Positions 28,314-38,348 of a stretch of DNA of 64,000 bases are shown here, piece after piece (position 1 is the first letter of the stretch; the number at the start of each line of letters is the position of its first letter). Source of the stretch: Limnochordia bacterium (lineage in GTDB: Bacteria; Bacillota; Limnochordia; DTU080); NCBI GenBank assembly GCA_050951545.1, contig JBMNJG010000007.1:96001-160000 (forward strand), read 5' to 3'. The translations under genes were made by a program, and so were the position numbers. Under the pieces are notes generated by a model that saw nothing but the letters and a program-made list of their open reading frames with translations, was not told where the DNA came from and ran no database searches.

Positions 28314-28343
28314 ACCATAGCATGTCACGATTGGGCAAGTCAA
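28314..28343 (-). promoter_or_regulatory. SigmaA-like promoter for the riboswitch/ATPase
   Basis: TTGACT-N18-TATGGT with extended TG, 6 nt before the aptamer. Confidence 0.6.
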
Positions 28344-28396
28344 GTACTCAGGGCCGACGGCTCTTCCGAGTGAGAAGAGCCGTCGCTTACCGTTGT

Positions 28397-29404
28397 TTAG
28401 CTGCAGGCGATTGGCAGGAATGCGCCGCCCTGGCGTATCGATTCTTCTGCGGTCAAGCAGGCCCTTGCTACCGCGAAGACATCGTCAGTAGAGATGAAGG
28501 GCTCTTCGCCATTCTCAATGTCGGTGATCATGTCAGCGACAAAAGAGGCGTGCTTGGGAGTATCCAGAGTTGGCTCGAACGTTCCTTTCTTGTTGCTAAC
28601 GACGAGTACGTGATTCGCTGCGTAGGCCCGGAGGTGGGCAGATCCCTCAGTGCCCATTATTATGACTCGCGTATCGCCCCAAGAGGCGGCGACACGCGGA
28701 GTCAGCCAGTCTGCCGTGATGGTGGCACCAGTTCCGTCGCTTAACTGAAACGATGCTTGCGCATGATCGTTGAGGCGGGGCTCTCGGTACTTCTTACAGG
28801 CCGCGATGGCATGTACCCCCACATACTCCGCCCCAGTGAGCCAGCGGACCTGATCGACACCGTGGCAGGCCAAGTCATGAAACGTGCCCGCATAGGCGTG
28901 GGTGTCGTAGTACCAGCTACGAGCTGGCAGTCGTAGCTGGTGCGGGTGCGTAGAGACGATACTCACAATCTCGCCCAGATCTCCGGCTACGACGCTCTCG
29001 CGTAACGCCATAAAGGACGGATGGCTGCGACTGGTAAACCACATGGAGACCCGGATGCCGGAAGCATCGACGGCCTGACGCATGCGCTTCCAGTCACTGA
29101 GACCAGTGCACAGGGGTTTGTCCAAGAGCACGTGGGCTCCCGCAGCTGCGGCTGCCTCGACTAGCTCTGTCTTCTCGGGATGGGTACATCCTTCTAGGAT
29201 CAGCTCGGGCCGTGCCTTGTCGAGCATGTCCGCCAAGGTTGGGAACCGGGGAATATCCATCGTCCTGCAGATGCCTTCATATAGCGTGTCTTCGGGTTCC
29301 ACAATGCCCACGATCTCCGCGTTTTTTGCGGCCAATGCGGAGCTGATCATGCCCCGAACGTGGCCGTAGTGTACACCCATGATTCCGATGCGCATCAATG
29401 TCAC
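28397..29404 (-). CDS. Gfo/Idh/MocA family oxidoreductase
   Basis: RIGIMG Rossmann start, HVLLDKP, DLACHGVD. Confidence 0.88.
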   Translation of the reverse strand: MTLMRIGIMGVHYGHVRGMISSALAAKNAEIVGIVEPEDTLYEGICRTMDIPRFPTLADMLDKARPELILEGCTHPEKTELVEAAAAAGAHVLLDKPLCTGLSDWKRMRQAVDASGIRVSMWFTSRSHPSFMALRESVVAGDLGEIVSIVSTHPHQLRLPARSWYYDTHAYAGTFHDLACHGVDQVRWLTGAEYVGVHAIAACKKYREPRLNDHAQASFQLSDGTGATITADWLTPRVAASWGDTRVIIMGTEGSAHLRAYAANHVLVVSNKKGTFEPTLDTPKHASFVADMITDIENGEEPFISTDDVFAVARACLTAEESIRQGGAFLPIACS

Positions 29405-29418
29405 CTCACTGGATAGCT

Positions 29419-31450
29419 CTAACTGTCAGGGTACGACATGCTCTCTGGAAAATCCGCGGAGTCTGCCGTGGCGAAAACCTTGGCATCCCCTGCGTAGCGA
29501 TAGGCCTGTTGCATCCATTCTAGCCAACTTGAGGGCAGCTCTTTGGCACCGCCAATAGTCAGAGGGACTGGTGCCATTAGAGTTGCGGCCATGCGCAGAT
29601 CTCCTGCCTTGCGGATTCCCGGCACAAATAGGTGGCTGGTAAAGCTCTCATCACTGCCATTCATTTGGCTCAGATCGGCGCACAAAGTCAAGACGTTCGG
29701 ATGTGCTGCACTATGGCCTACTGTGCGCAGAAGAGCGACAGCACACATAGAAAGGGGACCGCCACTGCCCAAGCCCACAACCTTGATCTTGTTAACCCCG
29801 GGTAGCGCATGAGCCCAGCGAATGGCGGTTGCCACATCCTGGGCGCGCAAGGCGGCGTCTGTATAGTGATAGGACGTGAAATGGGGACGATTATGTGGTC
29901 GTCCGGTGAACCCGCTCGGGGACTGATACTCGCCTGTGAGAAACAGGTCCAGACCGAGAACACGAGTGCCCGCTCTGTAACTCCCGCTCTAGGTGTGCGA
30001 GCCAGGGAGAAGCGAGTAGCGCTTGCTTGCCGTCTCCGTGCACGACGACCGTCACTTGGTCGCCGCAGCCTTGATCGGATCTGAAGAGGGTAGCAGGTAT
30101 GGCCAGCCCAGCCTCCCGTCCCAGCCACAGTAGCTCGGCCTCTGCCTCCACCGCTGCGAGTGCTAGTAGCTGCTTTTGACGCGAGACGGCTTCTACTGGT
30201 TTTTGGGGCACTGCGGGAAACAGTCGCTGCCAGTAGGGGGCGTAGACACTGCGGGCGTGATCTAGCTCGGCCTTGCTGGTAGGGGCATGGGCCTGCAAGA
30301 CTTGCTCAGCGCGCTCTTTCAGGTAGTTGAACACGCCAGTCTGGTCAAGTCCCTGTGGGCGCTGATCCACTGAGGCGAAGACACGCAAATCATCGTCAGG
30401 TGGCGGTTGTACGTCGCCTTCATTTTCGAAGGTGGCGGAGTCGTCTTCGGTAGGGGGCAGCCAGTGCAAGAACCAATCGTAGACGAACCTCCGCGAGGTC
30501 TTGTTGTAGTTATGTTCAGCGTTGACCTGGCAGTAGGCGATGTGGTCACCTGCCTCGAGCAGCTCGTAGATGGCACGAATGGCAGGATATTCGAGCTGTG
30601 GCGTATTGACCGTCCAGTCACCTGTGGCAGAGACCATGAGCATCGGCCGCGGTGCCATCAGGGCGGCGTACTCGACGCTTTGGGTACCTATGCGTAGACC
30701 AGGAGCGTTCTCGCAGACACAACCGCCCTGGTAGCACGAGGAGATCATATTGACGGGTGCAGAGACCCGAATTCTATCGTCCACTGCCGTAAGTAGGAAG
30801 GTCTGCGTGCCGCCTCCCGATGCACCGGTACAGCCAATACGTTCCGGATCCACATCGGGGAGCGATGCCAGGAAGTCGACAGCCCTGATGCTGTTCCACA
30901 GCTGTAAGCCCAGAATGCTAATGCCCCACAGGGCGTTAGACCAGTCTGCGTGGCGATGTGCGACTTGCCAGCTGTCCTCGTAGCCTACCATGTCGTAAGC
31001 GAAGGCGACATAACCCAGGCGGGCGAAGGTGATGCAGCGGGCTGGAATGGATCCTCGCTCGTGGTGGTGCAGTCGGCCTCTTTTCCAGTGACCATGAGGG
31101 TTGAGAATGGCTGCTCTGCGCGAACTGGAGGCTGCCAGAGGTCGGTACAGGTTTCCCGTAACGAAGAAGCCCGGAAAGCTCTCAAAGCAGACTTTCTCAA
31201 CGCTGTAGCCGTCATGGATGGAACGGCCTGTAACACGGGCTCTGAGTGGTTCCTTTTCCGGCACGGGCCAGAGTCCCGCGGCAACAAGCAACTGGTGGCG
31301 CAGGGCTGCGGCTCGTGTGAGCCAGCTTTCTTTGTCTGTGAAGTGGGGGGGAGGGCAAGGCGTTTTATTGTGCCTGATCTCAAACAGCCGCCGGTCGGGC
31401 GGGAGCCCTTCCATGTGGGGAACGGCCTTTATGTGCATGATGCGAGACAC
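29419..31450 (-). pseudogene. Two-domain alpha/beta-hydrolase (acetyl xylan esterase-like) with a +1 frameshift near 29970
   Basis: PHGHW, GASGGGTQ, GCVCE, EHNY motifs; removing one base of the GGG run joins the 519-aa ORF to the downstream 143-aa ORF (…SGTRVLGLDLFLTGE…YTDAALRAQD…). Confidence 0.75.
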
Positions 31451-31589
31451 CTTCTTTATGATCTTCGTTCCTTTCTCAGTTTAGTCGGCGGCGCTTCTGT
31501 TCCTCCTTTTGTTGCGGGGGTATCTTGCTTGGTGGCCCGAGTCTGGATGAGGTCAGGCCGCGAAACACAGCTGCGGAGTATGGGAACAG

Positions 31590-31627
31590 AAAAGGGAGCG
31601 GCCGCGTTTAGCGGACACTCCCTTTTT
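31590..31627. terminator. Terminator after the solute-binding protein gene (possibly bidirectional)
   Basis: AAAAGGGAG...CCGC-GTTTA-GCGG...CTCCCTTTTT. Confidence 0.7.
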
Positions 31628-31656
31628 GTGGAATTGAATCAGTGTCTGAACCAAGA

Positions 31657-32949
31657 TCACTCAGCGAAGATAGGTACCAACTGAGTGTGAATCTGTTCTA
31701 GAGCAGTCTCAAGAGCCAGCCTACCCGCCCATACCTCGTTGAGCTTGGGGTTGACCACCGTGTTGACTTGTGCCTGCTGTGGGATAACGTAGTTTATTTG
31801 TGTTTCGGGCTGAGCTGCTACCTCAAAGAAGGCCATCACGTTGCTAGGAGCATGCTTGTTGAGGATGCCATAGCGACCCTGAATGCTCATCAATGAGGGA
31901 GCACGGCCTGTCATCTCGACAAAGCGTAGTGCAGACTCCGTATCCAGAGAAATGAACTGCAGCCACTTCCACGCTTCCTCTTGGTGTGGGGTTTCCGCGA
32001 CGATCTGGAAGGCACCTATGGCGATCTCCGAACCATTGTGGACGGGACCGCGCACCTGTGGAGCGATGTTCCAGCGGAAGGGGACATTAGCCATGTAGGC
32101 ACCGATAACCCCTGGTCCATCCACGAGGTCGATGGCAGTCTTGCCCTTCCAGAAGTACGTGTCAGCGACATTGGGTGTACCAGGCGGCGCCGTGATGCGA
32201 TCAGCGAACGCTCTACGGGGGAAATCGAGGCCGCGCGCGACTTCGGGGGTGTTCCACAGACTCTTGGTTGGGGCGACGACCCGATCATACAGCTTGCCTC
32301 CTGCCTGATGCACCCAGATATACCAGCGGGCACCCATGCGGTCGATACCCCAGATCTCGGGTATGCCGTCACCGTCGGCATCCTTCGTCAGTTTGCGCCC
32401 CATGGACAGAGCCTGCTCCCAGGTCCAATCTTTGCCCAGCTGTATGGGGGTGAGCAGGCCTGCTTGGTCAAACAGGTCTTCGTTGAACCAGCTGGCCACA
32501 GGGTAGATATCAGCTGGGAGGGCCCATACGGCTCCATTGGGTGCTGTGAGTGTTTCCGCAACGGGCCGTCCTACAAGGCGGGCCAGGTTAATGCCGCTGC
32601 GGCTCAAGAAAGGACGCAGGTCAGTGAATGCTCCGCTCACAATCTGTGTAGCCCCTAATGCGGGATGGAAGTCCGTAATGTTTGGAGCTGCTCCGCCCGC
32701 TTGCATGACGGTAAACTTGGTGACATACGCGGTGTCGCCAGGCCCTCCGCCCTGCAGTACCTCCACCTCGACACCCGGGTTGCGCGCACCAAAGGCTACT
32801 GCCCGATCAAGCAAATACTGGTACCAGGCATCACCATGAGAGTAGTAGTTGAAGTGGGTGAGCTTCACTTTTGCTGCTCCCCCTGCGGTGCTGGCCACAA
32901 TCAAGATGAGCCCTGCGAGCGCCAGAATCAGCATTCTTCTTCTCATCAT
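31657..32949 (-). CDS. ABC transporter solute-binding protein (sugar type), orphan
   Basis: MMRRR + hydrophobic signal peptide; GGAAP, WALP, WFNEDLF, WTWEQ, KLT; RBS GGAGG. Confidence 0.85.
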   Translation of the reverse strand: MMRRRMLILALAGLILIVASTAGGAAKVKLTHFNYYSHGDAWYQYLLDRAVAFGARNPGVEVEVLQGGGPGDTAYVTKFTVMQAGGAAPNITDFHPALGATQIVSGAFTDLRPFLSRSGINLARLVGRPVAETLTAPNGAVWALPADIYPVASWFNEDLFDQAGLLTPIQLGKDWTWEQALSMGRKLTKDADGDGIPEIWGIDRMGARWYIWVHQAGGKLYDRVVAPTKSLWNTPEVARGLDFPRRAFADRITAPPGTPNVADTYFWKGKTAIDLVDGPGVIGAYMANVPFRWNIAPQVRGPVHNGSEIAIGAFQIVAETPHQEEAWKWLQFISLDTESALRFVEMTGRAPSLMSIQGRYGILNKHAPSNVMAFFEVAAQPETQINYVIPQQAQVNTVVNPKLNEVWAGRLALETALEQIHTQLVPIFAE

Positions 32950-32988
32950 TGTCCCTCCAGTCTGTTGACCGAGTTGCTCACTCTGCAA

Positions 32989-33013
32989 ATTCGCCATCCT
33001 AATGGGTGTTCCT
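32989..33013 (-). promoter_or_regulatory. SigmaH-like promoter
   Basis: Minus strand AGGA-N17-GAAT. Confidence 0.6.
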
Positions 33014-33128
33014 CTAATATATGTGAAACGTGTGCCAAGCATGTTTGTGGTGTGTTCGTCAGACAATGCCCGTGGACAGCAGACTTGACGCGTGCTACCA
33101 TTCACATATGCGAGGGGGCCTTTCCGAA

Positions 33129-34214
33129 ATGACCGAGCTAGGTGATGGAGCGTCACTCGCTCTGAAAAGTGACTTTGACTCAGTGCAGAAACGCTGGCTG
33201 GCGTTCTGGCAACACGAGATAATCGACCGGCCCTGTTGTCTCGTGCGGGCACCCAAGGCGGAAGCTATCCGTAGGCAGCCTCCACCATATTTGGCGGGAG
33301 CAAAGGGCGATTTGCGCTCAGTGGCGCTCCAGGTAGTCGCATGGGCCGAGAGTATCTACTGGGGTGGTGAGGCTGTTCCGTATTATTCGCCGAGCTTTGG
33401 CCCGGATATGATGGCGGCCTTTCTAGGAGCACCGCTTGTCTTCCCCGAAGAGAAGGTAGGGACGAACTGGGCCCAAGCCTGCATCGATGACTGGGAGAAG
33501 GCTCTGCCTTTGAGGCTAGATCCAGACAACTACTGGTGGAGGCGTATGCAGGAGTTCTGCCGTATCCTCGGGGAGGAATGCCAGGGCAAGCTGATCGTGG
33601 CTCATCTTGATCTACATAGTAACATGGATACGCTGTTGGCTATGCGTGGTGCCGAGGGTTTGTGCCTGGACCTTATAGACGTACCCGAGTTGATTGACCA
33701 GGCCATGGTCCAGGTGCGGGCACTGTACGCACCACTATATGAATGTCTCTATGAGTGGGCGGGCATGGCTAGTAGCGGTACATGTGGTTGGGTGCCAGCC
33801 TACCACCCCACGCGGACCAACACCATCCAATGTGATTTTGCGGCTCTCATTGGGTCGGAGCATTTTCGTCGTTGGGCTCTGCCAGCCCTTGTCGAAGAGG
33901 CTAGCTTCTTAGGTGAGTGCGTGTATCATTTGGACGGGCCTGATTGTCTGGTTCACTTGGATGATCTATGTGCTATAGAGGGGATAAAATGCATCCAGTG
34001 GGTACAGGGTGCGGGGCGGAAGCCTTTTGTCGAGTGGATGGATCTACTCAAGTACATCCAATCGCGTGGTGTAAGTGTGTGGGTACCGTGCAACATCAAT
34101 GACATCAAACTGTATCACGCAGAGTTGAGGCCAGACCTGGTCTGCTACGATTGCTGGGCGCCCGATGAGGCCAGTGGTAAGGGGATCTTGGCTTGGCTGC
34201 AAGAGAACACCTGA
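33129..34214 (+). CDS. URO-D / cobamide methyltransferase-fold TIM-barrel protein of unknown function
   Basis: FWQHEIIDRP, FGPD, MRG..LCLDL.D.PE, QCDF, YHLDG, IQWVQGAG. Confidence 0.7.
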   Translation: MTELGDGASLALKSDFDSVQKRWLAFWQHEIIDRPCCLVRAPKAEAIRRQPPPYLAGAKGDLRSVALQVVAWAESIYWGGEAVPYYSPSFGPDMMAAFLGAPLVFPEEKVGTNWAQACIDDWEKALPLRLDPDNYWWRRMQEFCRILGEECQGKLIVAHLDLHSNMDTLLAMRGAEGLCLDLIDVPELIDQAMVQVRALYAPLYECLYEWAGMASSGTCGWVPAYHPTRTNTIQCDFAALIGSEHFRRWALPALVEEASFLGECVYHLDGPDCLVHLDDLCAIEGIKCIQWVQGAGRKPFVEWMDLLKYIQSRGVSVWVPCNINDIKLYHAELRPDLVCYDCWAPDEASGKGILAWLQENT

Positions 34215-34216
34215 GA

Positions 34217-34873
34217 CTAAGGAAGTACTGCTACGTACCGCAACATCATCCAGTAGTGGCTGAAGCTTCCAGCCATAACGAACAGGTGCCAGAGTTCGTG
34301 GAAGCCGAAGCGTCCGGGCTTGAGTTTAGGCCATTTGAGAGCGTAGAAAACTGCACCTACGGTATAGAAAAGCCCGCCCACGAGTAACCACATGAAACCG
34401 CGTATAGACATGGTGTGCAGCAAAGGTCGCAAGGCGACAACAATCAGCCAGCCCATGAGGCCGTAAATCGCGGTGTAGAGCCAGCGTGGCACGGGCAAGC
34501 TGCAGGCATTGACGCTTATCCCGGCAATGGCGGAGACCCAGATCAGGGCCAGGAGGCTCCAACCCCATGCTCCTCGCAATGGAATGAGACAAAGCGGCGT
34601 GTAGCTACCGGCGATTAAGAGATAGATCATCATGTGGTCCACGTGTCGAAGGATTTTGGTGGCGCGTTCAGACACCGACAGCAGGTGATACAAAGAACTT
34701 GCCGCATACAAGAGAATCAGGCTACTACCGAAAATCGAAAAGGAGACAACATGCCACGGCGTTCCCCGCGAAATCGCTACGTAGATCAGAACACATAGAC
34801 CTGCTAAGGATAAGATGAACCCAGCAAGATGCGTAAAACCACTCACTGGCTCTTTTGGTTGGAGTCTAGCCAT
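34217..34873 (-). CDS. trhA: Hemolysin III / PAQR membrane protein
   Basis: EPVSGFTH, SSLYH, DHMMIY, AGSYTP, HELWHLFV. Confidence 0.92.
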   Translation of the reverse strand: MARLQPKEPVSGFTHLAGFILSLAGLCVLIYVAISRGTPWHVVSFSIFGSSLILLYAASSLYHLLSVSERATKILRHVDHMMIYLLIAGSYTPLCLIPLRGAWGWSLLALIWVSAIAGISVNACSLPVPRWLYTAIYGLMGWLIVVALRPLLHTMSIRGFMWLLVGGLFYTVGAVFYALKWPKLKPGRFGFHELWHLFVMAGSFSHYWMMLRYVAVLP

Positions 34874-34971
34874 AGCTCTGACCTCCCGATACGAAGTACT
34901 TGTAGCATATCACTTTCGTAGCTTCTGTGGTCTTTCTCAGTTGGGGAAGGCTCCTGTTTTTCACCCAGGGA

Positions 34972-34996
34972 AGGAAACCTAAGCTTGACGGTGAAG
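34972..34996 (+). promoter_or_regulatory. SigmaH-like promoter
   Basis: (GA)AGGA-N17-GAAG. Confidence 0.45.
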
Positions 34997-35048
34997 ACTC
35001 GAGACGCGAGCCAGCTGTGTGACGCAGGATTTCACGAGGAGGGCGATT

Positions 35049-35816
35049 ATGGCCAGAATCCCTATCGGACTCGAGTTATACTCAGTTCGTCATGAACTGG
35101 ACAAAGATGTGTACGGGACGCTGAAGGCAGTAGCAGACATGGGGTATGAAGGGGTCGAATTCGCTGGTGCACCTAAGCATAGTGCGCGGGTATTGCGCGC
35201 CATCCTGGATGAGGTGGGGCTCGTCTGCTGTGGGTGGCATATCCCATACAACCTCGTACAAGCTGATCGGTTAGAGGAAACCATTGCCTTTCAGAAGACT
35301 GTTGGCAATCGGCGTCTTATCATACCGGGTGTTCAGGCGCGTTCACGACAAGACTGGCGGGATTTCGCCGTCTTCCTTAACGATCTGACCGAAAAGCTGG
35401 CACCACACGACATGAAGACGGGTTATCACAACCACGTCCAGGAGTTTGTAGAGGTTGACGGTGAGCAGCCTTGGGACACTTTGTTCGGCAATACGGGCAG
35501 ACGTGTGATCATGCAGCTCGACATAGGAAATGCTTACGCTGGCGGTGCTGATTGCGTTGACATCTTGAAGCGCTACCCGGGTCGGGCTGGCACGGTGCAT
35601 TTGAAGTCGTACTCCATCGAGGAGGGGAAGAAAGATCGGAAGCTTGGCTACCGACCTCTTCTTGGAGACGACGGTCTACCTTGGGAGCCGATCTTTGAGC
35701 TCTGTGAGAGTATTGGTGATACCGATTGGTACATTGTCGAGTACGAGAGCGATGCCTATCCGCCCATGGAGGCTGTCGAGCGATTTCTCAAGAAAATCAA
35801 GGCGATGGGCAGGTAG
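35049..35816 (+). CDS. Sugar phosphate isomerase/epimerase (xylose-isomerase-like TIM barrel)
   Basis: GLELYSVR, GYEGVEFAG, GYHNH, QLDIG, VHLK, IVE. Confidence 0.88.
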   Translation: MARIPIGLELYSVRHELDKDVYGTLKAVADMGYEGVEFAGAPKHSARVLRAILDEVGLVCCGWHIPYNLVQADRLEETIAFQKTVGNRRLIIPGVQARSRQDWRDFAVFLNDLTEKLAPHDMKTGYHNHVQEFVEVDGEQPWDTLFGNTGRRVIMQLDIGNAYAGGADCVDILKRYPGRAGTVHLKSYSIEEGKKDRKLGYRPLLGDDGLPWEPIFELCESIGDTDWYIVEYESDAYPPMEAVERFLKKIKAMGR

Positions 35817-35838
35817 CTTGTCGCACCTGGGTGTCTGA

Positions 35839-36621
35839 TCAGGCGTCCTGTTGTGTGATGCGTACTTGACGTACCGCTAGCTCTGAGACATTGAGATGGT
35901 TGAGCAACTGGCGGAGGTAACTCTCCGCCTGTGCCGACTCAGCTGAAATGGTGATCTCCAAGACGCCAGTCTCGGTATCAAGCGTGTGTCGCAGTATTCT
36001 ACATGCTCGGCGCACATTGGGATCGCTTCGGAGAGTGAGCATCAGCATCTCCACACGCTCCAAATCAGACACACGGCCAACACGGCGGATGATGGGGGCA
36101 TAGAACGCTTGCCATAGTGCGTGGAGCAAGAGTCCGGGGGCTGGAGCAAGCATTAACCAGTACATCAGGCGGCCAGCCCCTGAGCAGACCAGAGCCCACC
36201 AAAGCAAGAGCGTTCCGGCACTGAGCGCGACCAGATCATCAAGACCTAGGCGAAGCGTGCCGCTCTGTGGCCAGGCGACATGCCAGTAGTGGCCGTTACG
36301 TACCGACCAGCGACGAGCCAAAGCCGACATGAGACCTGTAGTGGCTGTGACAAGCAGCCAGAACCGACTGGTCGGGCTAACCATCAGGGGGAGTAGGAGG
36401 CGGCCAAAGCTCGCTCCCCGCGCACCCGACAAGAGCCCGACGAGCATGTTGAGGAGCAGCAGCGGTAGGGGCAGCAACCACACCATGACGCCAGCGCCTA
36501 CACCAGCTAGCACAACTGTGGTGAGAGGAGCAAAACCCATCTTCGCCTCTTCGTCCTGGCGTTTGGCTATCAGCTCCTTGGTAGGGGGCAACGCTAGAGG
36601 TGAAAGACTCGGTGATGCCAT
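35839..36621 (-). CDS. Hypothetical membrane protein
   Basis: About four hydrophobic segments plus a soluble C-terminus; RBS GGGGAGG. Confidence 0.65.
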   Translation of the reverse strand: MASPSLSPLALPPTKELIAKRQDEEAKMGFAPLTTVVLAGVGAGVMVWLLPLPLLLLNMLVGLLSGARGASFGRLLLPLMVSPTSRFWLLVTATTGLMSALARRWSVRNGHYWHVAWPQSGTLRLGLDDLVALSAGTLLLWWALVCSGAGRLMYWLMLAPAPGLLLHALWQAFYAPIIRRVGRVSDLERVEMLMLTLRSDPNVRRACRILRHTLDTETGVLEITISAESAQAESYLRQLLNHLNVSELAVRQVRITQQDA

Positions 36622-36788
36622 GGTCACTGACCTCCCCAGAGAATGATGTGATGCCGTGCGGGCATGTCGGCGGCCTACTCCTCTGATTTCGGCAGCTAGG
36701 TGTTGGGCGACGTTCTCCTGGTAGCAGGGTATTCGGTTGACTTAGCGCACCCCCTGCAAGTACGAAAAAAAGGGTCTGGAGGGTCACA

Positions 36789-38189
36789 ATGGGTAAACGT
36801 ACCGATGTTCGTCCGGTGGCGGCGTCGCTTTATTTTTTACCTCTTGAGGTACGCGTGCCACTGAAGTTTGGTCCGGAGGTTCTCACTTACGTGACGGTAG
36901 CTCGGGTAAGAATGGTAGTAGCTGATGCCAGTGGCCGGACTGCAGAAGGGTGGGGTGAGACACCGCTATCTGTGCAGTGGGTGTGGCCGGGCCAGCTAAC
37001 TTATGAGATGCGTCACGAGGCACTTAAGAGCTTCTGTACCACCTTGACTGACGCCTGGGCCAATTTTGATCGTTTCGGGCATCCTATCGAAGTGGGTCAT
37101 GCCTTTACGGAGGAACTGCTGCCGCGTCTGCTTGAGCAGGCCAACAGCGGGCGAGATTCGGCCGAAACAATGCCATGGTTGGCTGCTTTGGTCTGCTGCT
37201 CACCCTTTGATATCGCTCTTCATGATGCCTACGGAGTGCTGCATAGCCGGCCCGTTTACGAAACGTACGGTCCAGAGTTTATGAATGAGGATTTGGCGGC
37301 CTTTCTTACACCTGCCACTGGCACGGATATCAGCTTCGCGGGCAAGTATCCCGAGCACTTCCTTGTTTCTCCTCGTCCGCGTCGACTGCCAGCCTGGCAC
37401 TTGGTTGGCGGTGTGGATCCCTTGTATGAGGGAGATCTAAAGGGTAATGAGCCGGATGATGGGTACCCGGTTCTCCTCAGTGACTGGATAACCCGCGACG
37501 GCTTGAAATGCTTGAAGGTCAAGCTGCGCGGCAATGACGCTGCCTGGGACTACCAGAGGTTAGTCAATGTGGGGCAGCTGGCCATCGATCACGATGTTCC
37601 CTGGTTGACTACTGACTTCAACTGCACTGTGATGGATCCAGTGTATGTCAATGAGATTCTGGATCGTTTGCTGGTGGAGCACCCCCGCATCTACGGGATG
37701 ATCCTGTACGTTGAGCAGCCTTTCCCCTATGAGTTGGAAAGTCATCGTATTCCGGTACACAGTGTCTCTGCCCGCAAGCCCCTTTTCATGGATGAGAGCG
37801 CCCATGACTGGAAGCTGGTCAAGCTCGGCCGCGAGTTGGGCTGGACGGGCGTTGCTCTCAAGACCTGTAAGACTCAGACCGGGGCATTGCTCAGCCTTTG
37901 CTGGGCGAAGGCTCACGGCATGACTCTCATGGTACAGGACCTTACCAATCCGATGCTGGCGCAGATACCCCACGTGCTTCTTGCTGCCTATGCGGGGACT
38001 ATCATGGGCGTAGAGACTAATGCCATGCAGTTCTACCCCGATGCGTCATTGCCTGAGGAGAAGGTTCATCCTGGTCTGTATCGGCGACGTGATGGCGAGG
38101 TCGATCTCTCGAGTATCCAGGGGCCTGGTTTTGGCTATCGCCTGAATGAGATCGAGCGCGAGTTGCCAGCACCAGTGGCCGGCTGCTAA
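36789..38189 (+). CDS. Enolase-superfamily (mandelate racemase/MLE-like) protein
   Basis: GWGE, FDIALHDAYG, KVK, DFN, EQP, DES. Confidence 0.85.
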   Translation: MGKRTDVRPVAASLYFLPLEVRVPLKFGPEVLTYVTVARVRMVVADASGRTAEGWGETPLSVQWVWPGQLTYEMRHEALKSFCTTLTDAWANFDRFGHPIEVGHAFTEELLPRLLEQANSGRDSAETMPWLAALVCCSPFDIALHDAYGVLHSRPVYETYGPEFMNEDLAAFLTPATGTDISFAGKYPEHFLVSPRPRRLPAWHLVGGVDPLYEGDLKGNEPDDGYPVLLSDWITRDGLKCLKVKLRGNDAAWDYQRLVNVGQLAIDHDVPWLTTDFNCTVMDPVYVNEILDRLLVEHPRIYGMILYVEQPFPYELESHRIPVHSVSARKPLFMDESAHDWKLVKLGRELGWTGVALKTCKTQTGALLSLCWAKAHGMTLMVQDLTNPMLAQIPHVLLAAYAGTIMGVETNAMQFYPDASLPEEKVHPGLYRRRDGEVDLSSIQGPGFGYRLNEIERELPAPVAGC

Positions 38190-38348
38190 GTAAGGTTGCT
38201 GCAAGGAACTCTACGGGGCCCCAAGACCCCTGCCGCTACAGCTTCGCGCCAGAGACGGCTGTAGATGCCGCCTCTGGCGAGCAAACTGGCGTGAGTACCC
38301 TCTCGGCTGCCATTGGGTTCTCTCCACTTTCGGCGAGTTCCTGCGGCC

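Noticed and set aside
29891-29980. Programmed frameshift or stop-codon recoding in the esterase
   Set aside because: No slippery sequence or stimulatory structure evident; the stop is TAA; a simple indel explains it
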